From NCBI GenBank assembly GCA_963772725.1, contig CAVYYI010000001.1:1120001-1184000 (forward strand): a stretch of 64,000 nt of DNA, given 5' to 3'. This document shows, in pieces, positions 40,802 to 50,699 of the stretch. The position numbers were made by a program, and so were the translations under genes. Each line of letters opens with the position of its first letter. Position 1 is the stretch's first letter. A model generated the notes under the pieces. That model saw only the letters and a program-made list of their open reading frames with translations, was not told the origin of the DNA and searched no databases. The DNA comes from an uncultured Phycisphaerales bacterium. Lineage in GTDB: Bacteria; Planctomycetota; Phycisphaerae; Sedimentisphaerales; Anaerobacaceae.

Positions 40802-41647
40802 TTATAGTTTGTTTCGCAACTGTTCGAGTTCGGTGGCTTTTCGAAGGATTGTTTTTTCCTTGCGTGTCAGGCTATGAATCCCGGACTGGTGAACCTTCTC
40901 AAGAATCCGGTCAACCTCAAACTGAAGATTTCGTTCCGCCGCAACGTTCTTATTCCAGCGACGGGCTTTAATCTTCAACCTGAACATATTACGCAGCGGC
41001 TGTGAGAATACATAAGCCGCACCGGCAGCCATACCTGCCAGATGTGCCGCATCGCCGCCTGCGTTTGCCCCTGCCGTCAAAACATTTACGAGATAAACGG
41101 CTGTAAAACCAATTGCCGCAATCCTTATAGGCACAGGAAATACTAAGATGAAAACGACAAAATGCGGGAAAAGAATCGCGCACGCGGCAAGCATTCCGAG
41201 TATCGCGCCAGATGCCCCTACCATCGGCCCAACATCCGGAAAATGCGCCGCGGTCAGCAGCGTATAAAATATCCCGCCGGCGATTCCGCAGCCGAGATAA
41301 AATACGAGAAATCTTCTGCTTCCGTAATTCTGTTCAAGCACCGGCCCTAAAAAGAACAAGCCAAGCATATTGAAAAATATATGCCCTATATTGGCGTGCA
41401 GAAACTGGTAAGTTACAAGCCGCCAAACCTGAAGCATCGCTCCAGGAGAATCCGGCCACACGGAAAACCATTTCTCAAAAAAATCATGGACAGGCACTGA
41501 TAACGACAGCAGAAATATAACCGTATTGATAATCAAAAGCCACTTGACTACAGGCGTAAGCGAAGGCATGCCCATTCGCATCTGAGGGGCATTGCGAAAA
41601 TCAGACTGATAATGCTCCTGAGTATAATCTCTATCGTAAAGACCCAT
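40802..41647 (-). CDS. Rhomboid intramembrane serine protease
   Basis: QFLHANIGHIFFNM, GASGA, AHLAG; C-terminal EVDRILEKV...SLTRKEK domain. Confidence 0.93.
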   Translation of the reverse strand: MGLYDRDYTQEHYQSDFRNAPQMRMGMPSLTPVVKWLLIINTVIFLLSLSVPVHDFFEKWFSVWPDSPGAMLQVWRLVTYQFLHANIGHIFFNMLGLFFLGPVLEQNYGSRRFLVFYLGCGIAGGIFYTLLTAAHFPDVGPMVGASGAILGMLAACAILFPHFVVFILVFPVPIRIAAIGFTAVYLVNVLTAGANAGGDAAHLAGMAAGAAYVFSQPLRNMFRLKIKARRWNKNVAAERNLQFEVDRILEKVHQSGIHSLTRKEKTILRKATELEQLRNKL

Positions 41648-42061
41648 ATTTATTCCCGATTGCCGAACTATTATATAAAGCCACAGCCCTTTATTTTATC
41701 AGAAATTTCACGAAATGTTCAAAAAAACTAAAAAACTTGACAGAACGCATAAGAAAAGTTACTTCTTTCCTTGTATTTTGCAAAAAAAATGGAAGTAAAA
41801 AGGTTTACGTCTGCCCACAATTTTTATCTCCGTAGAAGAACCGGGGTTCCATAATATTATCAGTGATTCAGAGATGGTTGGCAAACTCGCTTGTGCCAAT
41901 GAAATTATTATTATAACAGCATCTCGACGACCTGTCCGTCGCAGTTTTAACGAAGATGGAAGTCGAGATTCTGCAATCCTTCGACTCTGTTCAGGACAAG
42001 TTTTGCATTTTAAACTTTGATTTTTGAACTTTCAAACCAGCCTTCGGTCAGTTTGAGTTTT

Positions 42062-42400
42062 TTAGCCCTGTTTTTTGTGCGATGCAGTTTCAGGACACCC
42101 TGCGGGAGTTATATAAAGATGCGTTCGCCGCCAGTATCTTGCGAATTTATCAGAATACCTGTTAATCCAGTCGATTAGAGCCTGCCGCCCAAGGTCGCAC
42201 TGGCTTTTCTCCGATTCAATCCACTTATGACACTCCATCTCCTCTCTTTGATAGGTCATATACGCCTCGAGCGCATACTGATCATTATGATAAACGATTT
42301 TCTTTTGCTCCTCATCGTAATGACATTTATCACCGAACCGGGCAAGTTCCGCACGCATTCGAGCGGCTACATGCGGGCTGAAATCCTTCTCAATCGACAT
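42062..42400 (-). CDS. DUF4032-like small protein
   Basis: EMECHKWIESEK...DLG...ALIDW. Confidence 0.65.
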   Translation of the reverse strand: MSIEKDFSPHVAARMRAELARFGDKCHYDEEQKKIVYHNDQYALEAYMTYQREEMECHKWIESEKSQCDLGRQALIDWINRYSDKFARYWRRTHLYITPAGCPETASHKKQG

Positions 42401-42548
42401 TATAATATTGCCTCCCTGTTATTGTTGGCCATATGTCTTTTAAAACTCCAAAAAACCAGCCTTAGCATATTAAAATGCAAACACTTCACCTATTCTAGCA
42501 GTCATTATACCATTTAATCGTTCAAATGTCAAGAGATTTCGCCTTATT

Positions 42549-42937
42549 CACCGCGGAGGGGCCGCAGAGAAAAACGTACAGCGTGGAGCGTATAGCGTCG
42601 AGATACAAACAACGATTTTTATCCACAGATTTCACTGCCTGCCTTGAGCAACGTCGAAATGGATTTTTACGATTTTATTTTCCCGCAAAGGCGCAAAGAG
42701 GCAAAGAGGCAAAGATTTTTTGACTGGATTACTCGCCGTGCTGCGCCCGCCGCAGCAGGCAGGATTTAATCGGAAATTGTTATACGCTCTACACTACCCG
42801 CTGTACGCGGTACTTTTTTTCACCACTCCTTCGACTTTGCTCAGGACGGTGAGCCTGTCGAACCGGAAGACACGAAGGTGTTTCTTAGATATGATTTGAT
42901 AACGACTAAATCGGCCACAGAACACAGCACGGATTAC
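42549..42937 (+). repeat. Pile of short-period repeat arms and palindromic mini-elements
   Basis: Heptamer arrays 42575-42602 and inverted 42780-42814; gcaaag 8-bp-period array 42682-42714; ccttcgact..gctcagg palindrome 42827-42864. Confidence 0.8.
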
Positions 42938-43480
42938 CAATTTTTGCCCTTCTTTTTGAACTATCGAGATTTCCTCGGTAGTTGACTTCAGCTCAAGCTC
43001 TCTTTCCGTATAAATATTTTGTAACCATTCACAGTTTTTGAAAAAAGATTCATAAAAATCTCAAAATATTAAAATAGGTAACTTGCGCCATTGCGTGATA
43101 TATGGTAAAAATGGCGTATGGAAAACAAAGACGCCGTCGGACTTAAACCCCTGAACGAATTTGTTTATCATTCAACAGATTTGTTTGCCTGAGAAGATGT
43201 ACAGGGTAATCGAACATCGAGCCAGAAAATATCTTGATACTGTCACAGGAAAAATACACATTGCTCCTATGCCGGATGGAATTCGCAAAGGCGGATTGCT
43301 TGGTGCTGGAATTATTGGCCGAGCGTCGGCACTAACAGCGAACAATCAGATTTGTGCAAACGATGCATTGAAGCGGTCGGGAATTCTTTATCCGCAGATT
43401 AACGCAGATAAAAAAAATATTAAAAAGTAAAGATACAGATTAAAAAGCAAAATGTTACTGTAGAGCGGCAAAGAGATAAA

Positions 43481-43885
43481 ATGCCTGAAATAAGGCGAGT
43501 ATTGAATATGAATACTGACCGTTCGATAAATTTTATTTCCAAATATCTTACCGTGCTTGGCATATTTCAACTTATGGGTTTGAACCTCGCAGTTTTTTTT
43601 TGGTTGATATGGGCAAAGGGAATTAAAGAACATTGCTCTTCTTCACGCAATTGGGTTTTTGCAATCCACGGAATTTATTTGGCGATTTTTATTGTCATAG
43701 GCGTATGGGGCATAATTAAGCCATCGATATTTCAGAAATTCATAATATTTGAGATGTTGTTTTGTATCCCCCTGTGGATGGGCATAGGTCTTTGGCTAAT
43801 TTTCGCAGCAATATATCTTATTCCGGTAATTATGTTTTGCCGTGATGATGTTGCTCATCAGTTTGTGAACAATAAAAAATTGTAG
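43481..43885 (+). CDS. Hypothetical membrane protein
   Basis: 134-aa hydrophobic ORF. Confidence 0.5.
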   Translation: MPEIRRVLNMNTDRSINFISKYLTVLGIFQLMGLNLAVFFWLIWAKGIKEHCSSSRNWVFAIHGIYLAIFIVIGVWGIIKPSIFQKFIIFEMLFCIPLWMGIGLWLIFAAIYLIPVIMFCRDDVAHQFVNNKKL

Positions 43886-43933
43886 GAACATTTAATACTG
43901 ACCAAGGCTGTATGGGGGGATTTTTACAAGCAG

Positions 43934-45677
43934 TTATTCTATTTCGTGGGTGACGGTTTGGAGGATTTTCTTTTCGCGGTTTAGGAGGAGGTTGCCGAGG
44001 GTTTTCAGGCTAAGGTTGTAGAAGAAGGCGATTGTCCCTAATACAACAACGGAAAAGAGGAGATTTACCGGAGCGGCGGGAGCACGCCGAGAGCGGAAAA
44101 TAACAGGCCCAGAAGAGGCGGTAGGAAAATTGGAATCATCAGCATCGGAAACATTAAATGCGTCGCAATCATAATGAGAGTCATCAAAAATGGAACTTTG
44201 GTTGGTTTTAATGACCCCTGCGCGATGCGGTAAGGGGCGAGTATGGATGAAAGATTTCCGGCTATGCTGAGCAGCAAAAAGCCCGCGGCCAATTGCATAG
44301 CGGCGGCGAGAATGACAATGGCAGAAATGTCTAAGGCGAATTTGGCGATAAGCAGGAGTGTTAAACCAATACTCATAGCTATCGGCATTATGGCGAGATT
44401 TTTGCCCATCAGGATATATTGTCGCTTCACAGGGAGCAGAACGAGTGTGCGAAATCCGTTCCTGTCGTAGCCGAACTGATTAAAAAGAAACTGGATGACG
44501 CCAAAGAACACAAACGTTATGGCTCCGGTGACTATAAAGGGTTTAGCGTTGTCGCTGATTGAAATGGTATTTCGCAGAAAAAACATTCCGCCGAAAATCA
44601 CGAGCATAATAATATTGCTTGCCATCGCAATTTTAACTTCGGGAGCCTTATCAGGCAGCGGAAAGAGACAATGGCCATGGCGGAGGCTTCCTGTGGGACG
44701 CCAGCTATGCTTATATCGCCGAGACTTCGTTTGGGAGTTGGGACTTTTTTCTTTTTGGGCCTATAGACGGATTTTTTACTGGTTGTCTGGCCTTGATAAA
44801 AACGTATGGTTGCCCGGTACGCTTTTCTCAAACCAAGCCCACCAATTAAAAACAGGCCTGCGGCACCGAGAACGGCGGGCCAGAGATTTCCCTTTGCGAG
44901 AGACATTGCTCCGCCGGCTACCCACAAAAAGGGTACAAACTTGTGTGCGGTCAATAATGTATGGGCGACAGCGGAATTATTATCGCTGCTGAACGGATTT
45001 GTCTGACCATTTGAGGGGAACTCTCTGATGGCGTGGTGTTTATTGTGTATGTTATTGCTCATAACATTGGTAAAGATATTCGGAAGCTGGCAGAGGATTA
45101 TAATCATAAATGTCATTACGGCGATAATGGCACGGCGACGCCGTTTGTTGACCATAAGCCTGATTAGCCAACCGCGAAGGCAATATGTCCAGGCGGTCGT
45201 CATAAAAATAAAGCCCAGCACCAGAGGCAGGAGCAGTATCATAAAAAAGTTTCTGCCAAGAGTCAGCCCAAGGCAGAGGCCGACCATGCCGGGCAGGAAA
45301 AAGATTATTACAGGGGTCAGATGCGAGGTGAGATAATTTATTATGAAGATGTCTCTTAGTGAGACAGGGAGATGGAGCATTTTGCCAATATCGATTGTTT
45401 CAGAACGCTGAATTTCCGCGACGATTCCGAGCATCCAAAAGAAAAGAAAGGCTCCGATAATGGCGTCCCAGATGCCGAGCATAACCCAGGGTGATGTTGT
45501 TGACATCGCGAAGGTTCCGACCAATATGCCGACAAAGCCACCCATCACGCTGGCAAAGAGGCCAATTACGGTAATAATCATCGTGATAATGGCGTTGATT
45601 TGTCCGCCGCGGAGCCATTGATTTCGTGTCAGTCGCCATCGGAGCCAGAGAATTGTCCCAAGCTGGTTCCAGTTCAT
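43934..45677 (-). CDS. ABC-2-type transporter permease (two frameshifts, near 44650 and 44080)
   Basis: ILWLRWRLTRNQ start, LHLPVSL, FNQFGYDRNGFR; directly follows the ATPase gene. Confidence 0.8.
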
Positions 45678-46439
45678 TTAAGCCTCCAGCCAGCTAAGAG
45701 TCTGCCTTTCGACGTGACCGCCGCTTACGGTCTCTATGAATCTTTCTTCAAGTGAACCGGTTTGGCGGATTTCGCCCATAGTGGACTGATGCACCAGTTT
45801 GCCGCTGGCGATGATGCCGACGGCAGTGCAGAGTTTTTCAACAATCTCCAGAACGTGCGAAGTTAAGAACACAGTAGCGCCGCGGGCTACACAGAGTTTC
45901 AAAGTGTCGCGCAGCACACGAGAGGACACGGCGTCGATACCTTCGAACGGCTCATCGAGGAAAAGCAGGTCAGGGTTTGGAATCAGCGCAGCGGCCATGG
46001 TCAGTTTCTTTTTCATTCCGTGCGAATATTCGAGCGCGAGTTTTTTATCCTCGTTTTCGAGGTTCATCATTACGAGCAGTTCCTCGCAGCGGGTTTTTAC
46101 TGTCGCGGCTGGTAACTGGTACATTCGACCGATGAAAGTAAGATATTCACGGGCAGTCAGATTATCGTAGAGTGCCAGCTCTTCCGGCACCACGCCAATA
46201 CGAAGTTTAATCTCCCTGGCTTTATTGATGTCAGTCATATCGTCACCGAGGATACGCATTGTGCCGCTGGTTGGGCCGAGCAGTCCTGTGAGCATTTTAA
46301 TGGTGGTTGATTTGCCGGCACCGTTGGGGCCGAGAAAACCATAGAATGTTCCGGCTTCCACACGCAAATCGAGACCGTCAACCGCATGTAAATCGCCGAA
46401 ACAGCAAGTCAGTCCGTTGGTTTCTATGGCAAGAGTCAT
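45678..46439 (-). CDS. ABC transporter ATP-binding protein
   Basis: GPNGAGKST, YSHGMKKK, LFLDEP, TSH. Confidence 0.95.
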   Translation of the reverse strand: MTLAIETNGLTCCFGDLHAVDGLDLRVEAGTFYGFLGPNGAGKSTTIKMLTGLLGPTSGTMRILGDDMTDINKAREIKLRIGVVPEELALYDNLTAREYLTFIGRMYQLPAATVKTRCEELLVMMNLENEDKKLALEYSHGMKKKLTMAAALIPNPDLLFLDEPFEGIDAVSSRVLRDTLKLCVARGATVFLTSHVLEIVEKLCTAVGIIASGKLVHQSTMGEIRQTGSLEERFIETVSGGHVERQTLSWLEA

Positions 46440-46500
46440 GATATTAAGTTTATTAGCCTAAGCTGAAAAAGCAAGAGATTTTACCCCCTTTTCGTGAAAA

Positions 46501-47043
46501 TTATGTAAAGCGTTTGTGGGGGTGGGTTTTGCGGTACCAATTTACTATGTAAAAGGTAGCCATGTAGCCTATTACGGCGACTGTGATGCCCATTAAAATA
46601 GAGCCAAGCCAAAGTTCGATACCTGCATGGTAGAGGAAAACAAAAAGGTCCTTCCAAAATTTTGTGTGGAGAAAGGCTATGATATTTCCAGATTCAAAGC
46701 TGCTGAACATATCCTTGATTTGTGAGCCAGAGAAATTATTTTCCGGATAAAAAATGCTGAGAATTTTTTTGCCGAGAAAGTAGCTTGGGTAATAGATAGG
46801 CACGATGGTGAACGGATTGCAAACCCAAACTCCGATAACAGCGATAAATTTGTTGGCTTTGAGCAAAGTACTCAGCAGCAGAGCCAAAATGATATGAAGG
46901 CCGATAAGGGGTGACCATGCTATAAAAAGACCTACGGCCATCCCCTTGGCGATGCGGTGAGGAGAATCGTTAGTGTGCAGAATCCGAAATTTTATGAATC
47001 TCTTGAACTGTTCAATTCTTGTACGGTAGACTTTTTTAATCAT
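46501..47043 (-). CDS. DUF2062-family membrane protein
   Basis: DSPHRIAKGMAVGLF, WVCNPFTIVPIY. Confidence 0.88.
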   Translation of the reverse strand: MIKKVYRTRIEQFKRFIKFRILHTNDSPHRIAKGMAVGLFIAWSPLIGLHIILALLLSTLLKANKFIAVIGVWVCNPFTIVPIYYPSYFLGKKILSIFYPENNFSGSQIKDMFSSFESGNIIAFLHTKFWKDLFVFLYHAGIELWLGSILMGITVAVIGYMATFYIVNWYRKTHPHKRFT

Positions 47044-48080
47044 CGTTTTATTTGAGCGAGAACCTTTCTATAAACTTCGTCAAAGGTAACAGCGGCGGCG
47101 CCGTGTTTCGGGTCTTTACTCTTAATCGCATCACCCCTGTTGTACAGTCCCGCGGCGGCGATACATTCGTCTCTTTTGTATGGAGAAATCCTGAGCGGAT
47201 TAGACCAGCCGAAAATCATAACCAAAGGAACTCCCAAAGCGGCAGCGATGTGGCCGGGGCCGGTATCGTTGCTTACGACTAATTTCGCATTTTTAAGCAA
47301 GGCAACAAGTTCGGGAAGTTTCGTTGAGCCTGCGAGATTTACGATCGGTACGGCGGCGAATTTTTTTATTCTTTCCACAAGGTCATTATCCGAAGCGGTA
47401 CCAACGGCGACAATAGGGATGCGTAACTCCAAAGAAATTTTTTGGGATAAAGCGGCAAAACGTTCCGCTGGCCAGCACTTGTCAGACCAAGCCGAACTTG
47501 GAACAATAACAACATAATTGTCGGGACTTGCATTTTGATTTTGCAACAGTTTCCTGGCTGAATCCTCAGCAGCGTTGTCATGCGGAAATACAAAACTGAC
47601 GCTAATATCGGAAACGCCTGCGGATTGGGCAATTTTCAAATAATAATCGACGAGATGAACACAATCTGGGGTTTGCTCAACCTTATCTGTGTAAAAAATG
47701 GAAGCAAACTCTCTGGCTTTTGCCATTCCGTAGCGTTTTTTACAGCCTGAAAGCCATGATAAGGCGGCGGTACGGAAAAGGCCCTGCAGGTCAATTACCG
47801 CGTCAAAGTTGGAATGGCGAAGTCGTTTTATTAAGGAAAATAACTCGGTGAAGGCACGAGGGCTGCGCCAAGCGGAGGCGAGCAGTTTGCGGTCAAAAAG
47901 AATGATATCGTCAAGATAGGGGTGATTTTTAAGCAGAGGGGCAAATTCCGGCCTGACGAGCCAGGTGATTTCCGCATTTGGGAAACTTTTTCGCAAAGCG
48001 GACAATACCGGCAGCGCCAGGACAATATCGCCCAGGGCGCTGGGTTTAATGATAAGAATATTTTTTAAATCACTTTTCAT
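47040..48080 (-). CDS. GT9 lipopolysaccharide heptosyltransferase (WaaC/WaaF-like)
   Basis: IIKPSALGDIV, DLQGLFRT, KCWPAERF, SNDTGPGHIAAALG. Confidence 0.92.
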   Translation of the reverse strand: MKSDLKNILIIKPSALGDIVLALPVLSALRKSFPNAEITWLVRPEFAPLLKNHPYLDDIILFDRKLLASAWRSPRAFTELFSLIKRLRHSNFDAVIDLQGLFRTAALSWLSGCKKRYGMAKAREFASIFYTDKVEQTPDCVHLVDYYLKIAQSAGVSDISVSFVFPHDNAAEDSARKLLQNQNASPDNYVVIVPSSAWSDKCWPAERFAALSQKISLELRIPIVAVGTASDNDLVERIKKFAAVPIVNLAGSTKLPELVALLKNAKLVVSNDTGPGHIAAALGVPLVMIFGWSNPLRISPYKRDECIAAAGLYNRGDAIKSKDPKHGAAAVTFDEVYRKVLAQIKR

Positions 48081-48092
48081 AAGCAAACGATT

Positions 48093-48654
48093 GAGACCTC
48101 TGAAAAACCATGCATTTTTTACAAAACATTAATGCAATTATAATGCAATTATCAGCGGATATGATATAATGCGTCCATTCAATAGTCAATTTTATTGCAT
48201 GGAGGCAATGGATGCAAAGATTATGGAACGCACAAGCAACCAACCAACATTTTTCGACAGTTTAACTTGCGATCTCGGCGGTCGTCGCGCTGCTCAATTT
48301 TTTCAAAAATGCGACCAGCTTATACCATGGAACGAGCTTGCCGAGTCGTTAAGGGATATGTACAAGAACAACACCGACAAGAGTGGGGCATCAAATTATC
48401 CACTTGTAATGATGATAAAATGCATAATGCTGCAGAGGTGGTTTAATCTTTCCGACCCTATGCTCGAAGAGATGCTCTGTGACCGGATAACGGACAAAGC
48501 CGACGATGAGTCCACAAAAAGATATACCAAAGGCATAAAAGAATCCTTTGGTAAGGCGAGAAAACAATTTTTGCGGTGTATCGAAATAATTTTTCGAAGC
48601 ACTTCAGGCAAAAATATATGAGAATAATAAAATGTGAGGTTTTTCAGAGGTCTC
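48093..48654 (+). mobile_element. Internally deleted IS5-family element (non-autonomous)
   Basis: Perfect TIRs gagacctctgaaaaacc / ggtttttcagaggtctc; ORF carries only the IS5 N-terminal motif (IPW...YPL..MIKC..LQRWFNLSDP.LEE.L.DR) with no DDE core. Confidence 0.88.
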
Positions 48655-48712
48655 AAGTATCAATAATCAATTCAAAAGTATCTATTCGTGAATTCGTGGT
48701 TAATTTTGAATC

Positions 48713-48741
48713 TTGACTAAATGCCGCTGATAGCTTAATAT
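48713..48741 (+). promoter_or_regulatory. Putative promoter for tRNA-Leu
   Basis: TTGACT-17-TAATAT, 10 nt before the tRNA. Confidence 0.55.
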
Positions 48742-48751
48742 GGCTTTTGAT

Positions 48752-48835
48752 GCGGATGTGGCGGAATTGGCAGACGCGCAGGCTTCAGGTGCCTGTGGGC
48801 TTACGCTCTTGGAGGTTCGACTCCTCTCATCCGCA
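48752..48835 (+). tRNA. tRNA-Leu (CAG)
   Basis: Acceptor GCGGATG/CATCCGC, D-loop GGAATTGGCAGAC, anticodon loop TT-CAG-GT, long variable arm, GGTTCGACTCC; CCA not encoded. Confidence 0.96.
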
Positions 48836-49005
48836 TTTGATTTAATCGCCCTGCTTTTTGGGTAAAAGTGGTTTTTCAGCGGATTATTCAATATTTAATT
48901 ATAAATCAATCTTTGACTTTAACGAAAAGAGGCTTTGCAGGCCGATAATTAATAAATGGAAAGTATGCGCTGATTTTTATAAATGTAATCCGTATTTGGG
49001 AAATT

Positions 49006-49770
49006 ATGCTTAAAATATTGCAGGATTTTGAGGCGGCGTCATCACATTATGATGCCGCGATTCTTGTCTGGCTTGGACTGATTTTGGTCGCGGCGGGACT
49101 TTTTGTCTGGCTCGGCGGGTTGGGCCTTAAAAGGATTTTAGCGGCGGTAATTGGAGCGATAATCGGCGGGATTTGCGGATTCCTGATTAACAGCAACAGT
49201 ATCGCTGTCGCCGGTGTTTCCGTGGTTATTGGTGCGGTGACAGCTGGTTTTTTCAGCAAGATATTTATTACACTGGCAGGTGTGTTTTTAATAACAGCTC
49301 TGGGGATAATTATTTTGACAGGAGTTACCAATAAATCCGCACAGGCACATACTTCAGTAAAATCCAGCGAGATGCTGAACATGAGTCAAACAATTGAAAG
49401 CGTAAAACAATACGCTGAAGATTTGGCAGCTAAAGCAAAAAAGACCTGTTTGGAGCTGCCGCCCTACCAATGGGCCATAATTATAATATCGGCGACAATT
49501 TTTTTGATAGCGGCGATTTTCGTTTCGAGTCTGACATCGGCATTGTGCTGTGCCGCGATGGGAAGTATTCTTATTTTCAGCGGTATGATGCTACTGCTCC
49601 TATACAAAGGCTCAAATCCGATAAGCCAAATTATTGATAAGCAGTCATATTACGGCACCGTTTTGGCAGCGATGACCGGATTTGGCATGGTGAGCCAATT
49701 AATATTCTGTCACCATCCTGAGAAAAAACTGAAAATAAAAAAAGTTACTGGTAAAGATAAGGAAAGTTAA
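49006..49770 (+). CDS. DUF4203/TMEM198-like membrane protein
   Basis: Gly-rich multi-TM protein, similar to the next gene. Confidence 0.6.
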   Translation: MLKILQDFEAASSHYDAAILVWLGLILVAAGLFVWLGGLGLKRILAAVIGAIIGGICGFLINSNSIAVAGVSVVIGAVTAGFFSKIFITLAGVFLITALGIIILTGVTNKSAQAHTSVKSSEMLNMSQTIESVKQYAEDLAAKAKKTCLELPPYQWAIIIISATIFLIAAIFVSSLTSALCCAAMGSILIFSGMMLLLLYKGSNPISQIIDKQSYYGTVLAAMTGFGMVSQLIFCHHPEKKLKIKKVTGKDKES

Positions 49771-49783
49771 GGAGAAATATTCG

Positions 49784-50473
49784 ATGGACAGTCTTATACT
49801 TCTGGCCCAGGCAGTTGAAACAGCGGGCAAAACCGCATCCAACGTTAATGGCGCTATGGTGCCTATGGACAAAATCTGGGAACATATTACAAGGCTTGGC
49901 GTCCTTGAGGCGCTGACGTTTATGTCTTTCGGCACAGTTTGCCTTTTCTACGGTTGGCGAGTTTTCAAGCTGCTTGTGGTAATCAGTTTTGCGATGTTCG
50001 GACTGATTATCGGAATGTTAATAAGCCAGAGAGTAGGAGTAAGCAACAATCCGATTCTGCCGATACTTGTCGCCATTGTGCTTGGGGTAGTATCAATTCC
50101 GCTGACACGATGGGGAGTAAGTATTCTGGGCGCAATGGCTGGCGGCATAATTACCGCAGGTTTATGGTATGCATTAAAACTGCCTGAACAGTATATCTGG
50201 GCAGGTGCGCTGGTAGGAGTCGTCGCGGGCGGTATGATTTCGTTTATTGTTTTCAGGATTGCGGTTATGCTTTTTTCGAGTCTTGGCGGCAGCGCATTAA
50301 TAGTAACCGGCGTATTAGCGATTCTGTATCATTATGGTCCGACAAAAGAGCAAATCCATAGCCTGTTTTTTACCACAAAATGGTTTTTGCCAGTTGCGAT
50401 TATCATCCCAACAATTTTCGGTATCTGGCTGCAAAATAAGCTGATTAAAGGCGCACAAAGCTGGAGCATATAG
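49784..50473 (+). CDS. DUF4203/TMEM198-like membrane protein
   Basis: GTVCLFYGWRVFK, SSLGGSALIVTG, GIWLQ. Confidence 0.7.
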   Translation: MDSLILLAQAVETAGKTASNVNGAMVPMDKIWEHITRLGVLEALTFMSFGTVCLFYGWRVFKLLVVISFAMFGLIIGMLISQRVGVSNNPILPILVAIVLGVVSIPLTRWGVSILGAMAGGIITAGLWYALKLPEQYIWAGALVGVVAGGMISFIVFRIAVMLFSSLGGSALIVTGVLAILYHYGPTKEQIHSLFFTTKWFLPVAIIIPTIFGIWLQNKLIKGAQSWSI

Positions 50474-50699
50474 GAATCCCGCTGCGGAAAAACCTGCCGA
50501 ACAAATCGACAGACTAACCAATGAACCACGGTATAAAGCCGCAGGCTTTCGGATTTAATATACACCCAACAACCCAGAATCTGTTCGCTATTGTTTTTTT
50601 GCTGGAAATAAATTTGGTTTTGAGTATAGTTGTGAACTTGTTGAACGTTAGAGAATCAATTCCAAATGGTTATTTTAGAAGGAAAGCGATAGTAAAATT

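Noticed and set aside
41789..41900. Small ORF (MEVKRF...) or structured RNA downstream of a TTGACA
   Set aside because: Too short and unsupported; pairing is weak
43161..43430. 89-aa ORF
   Set aside because: No recognisable motif or RBS; runs into a repeat arm (atccgcagattaacgcagat); possibly a remnant
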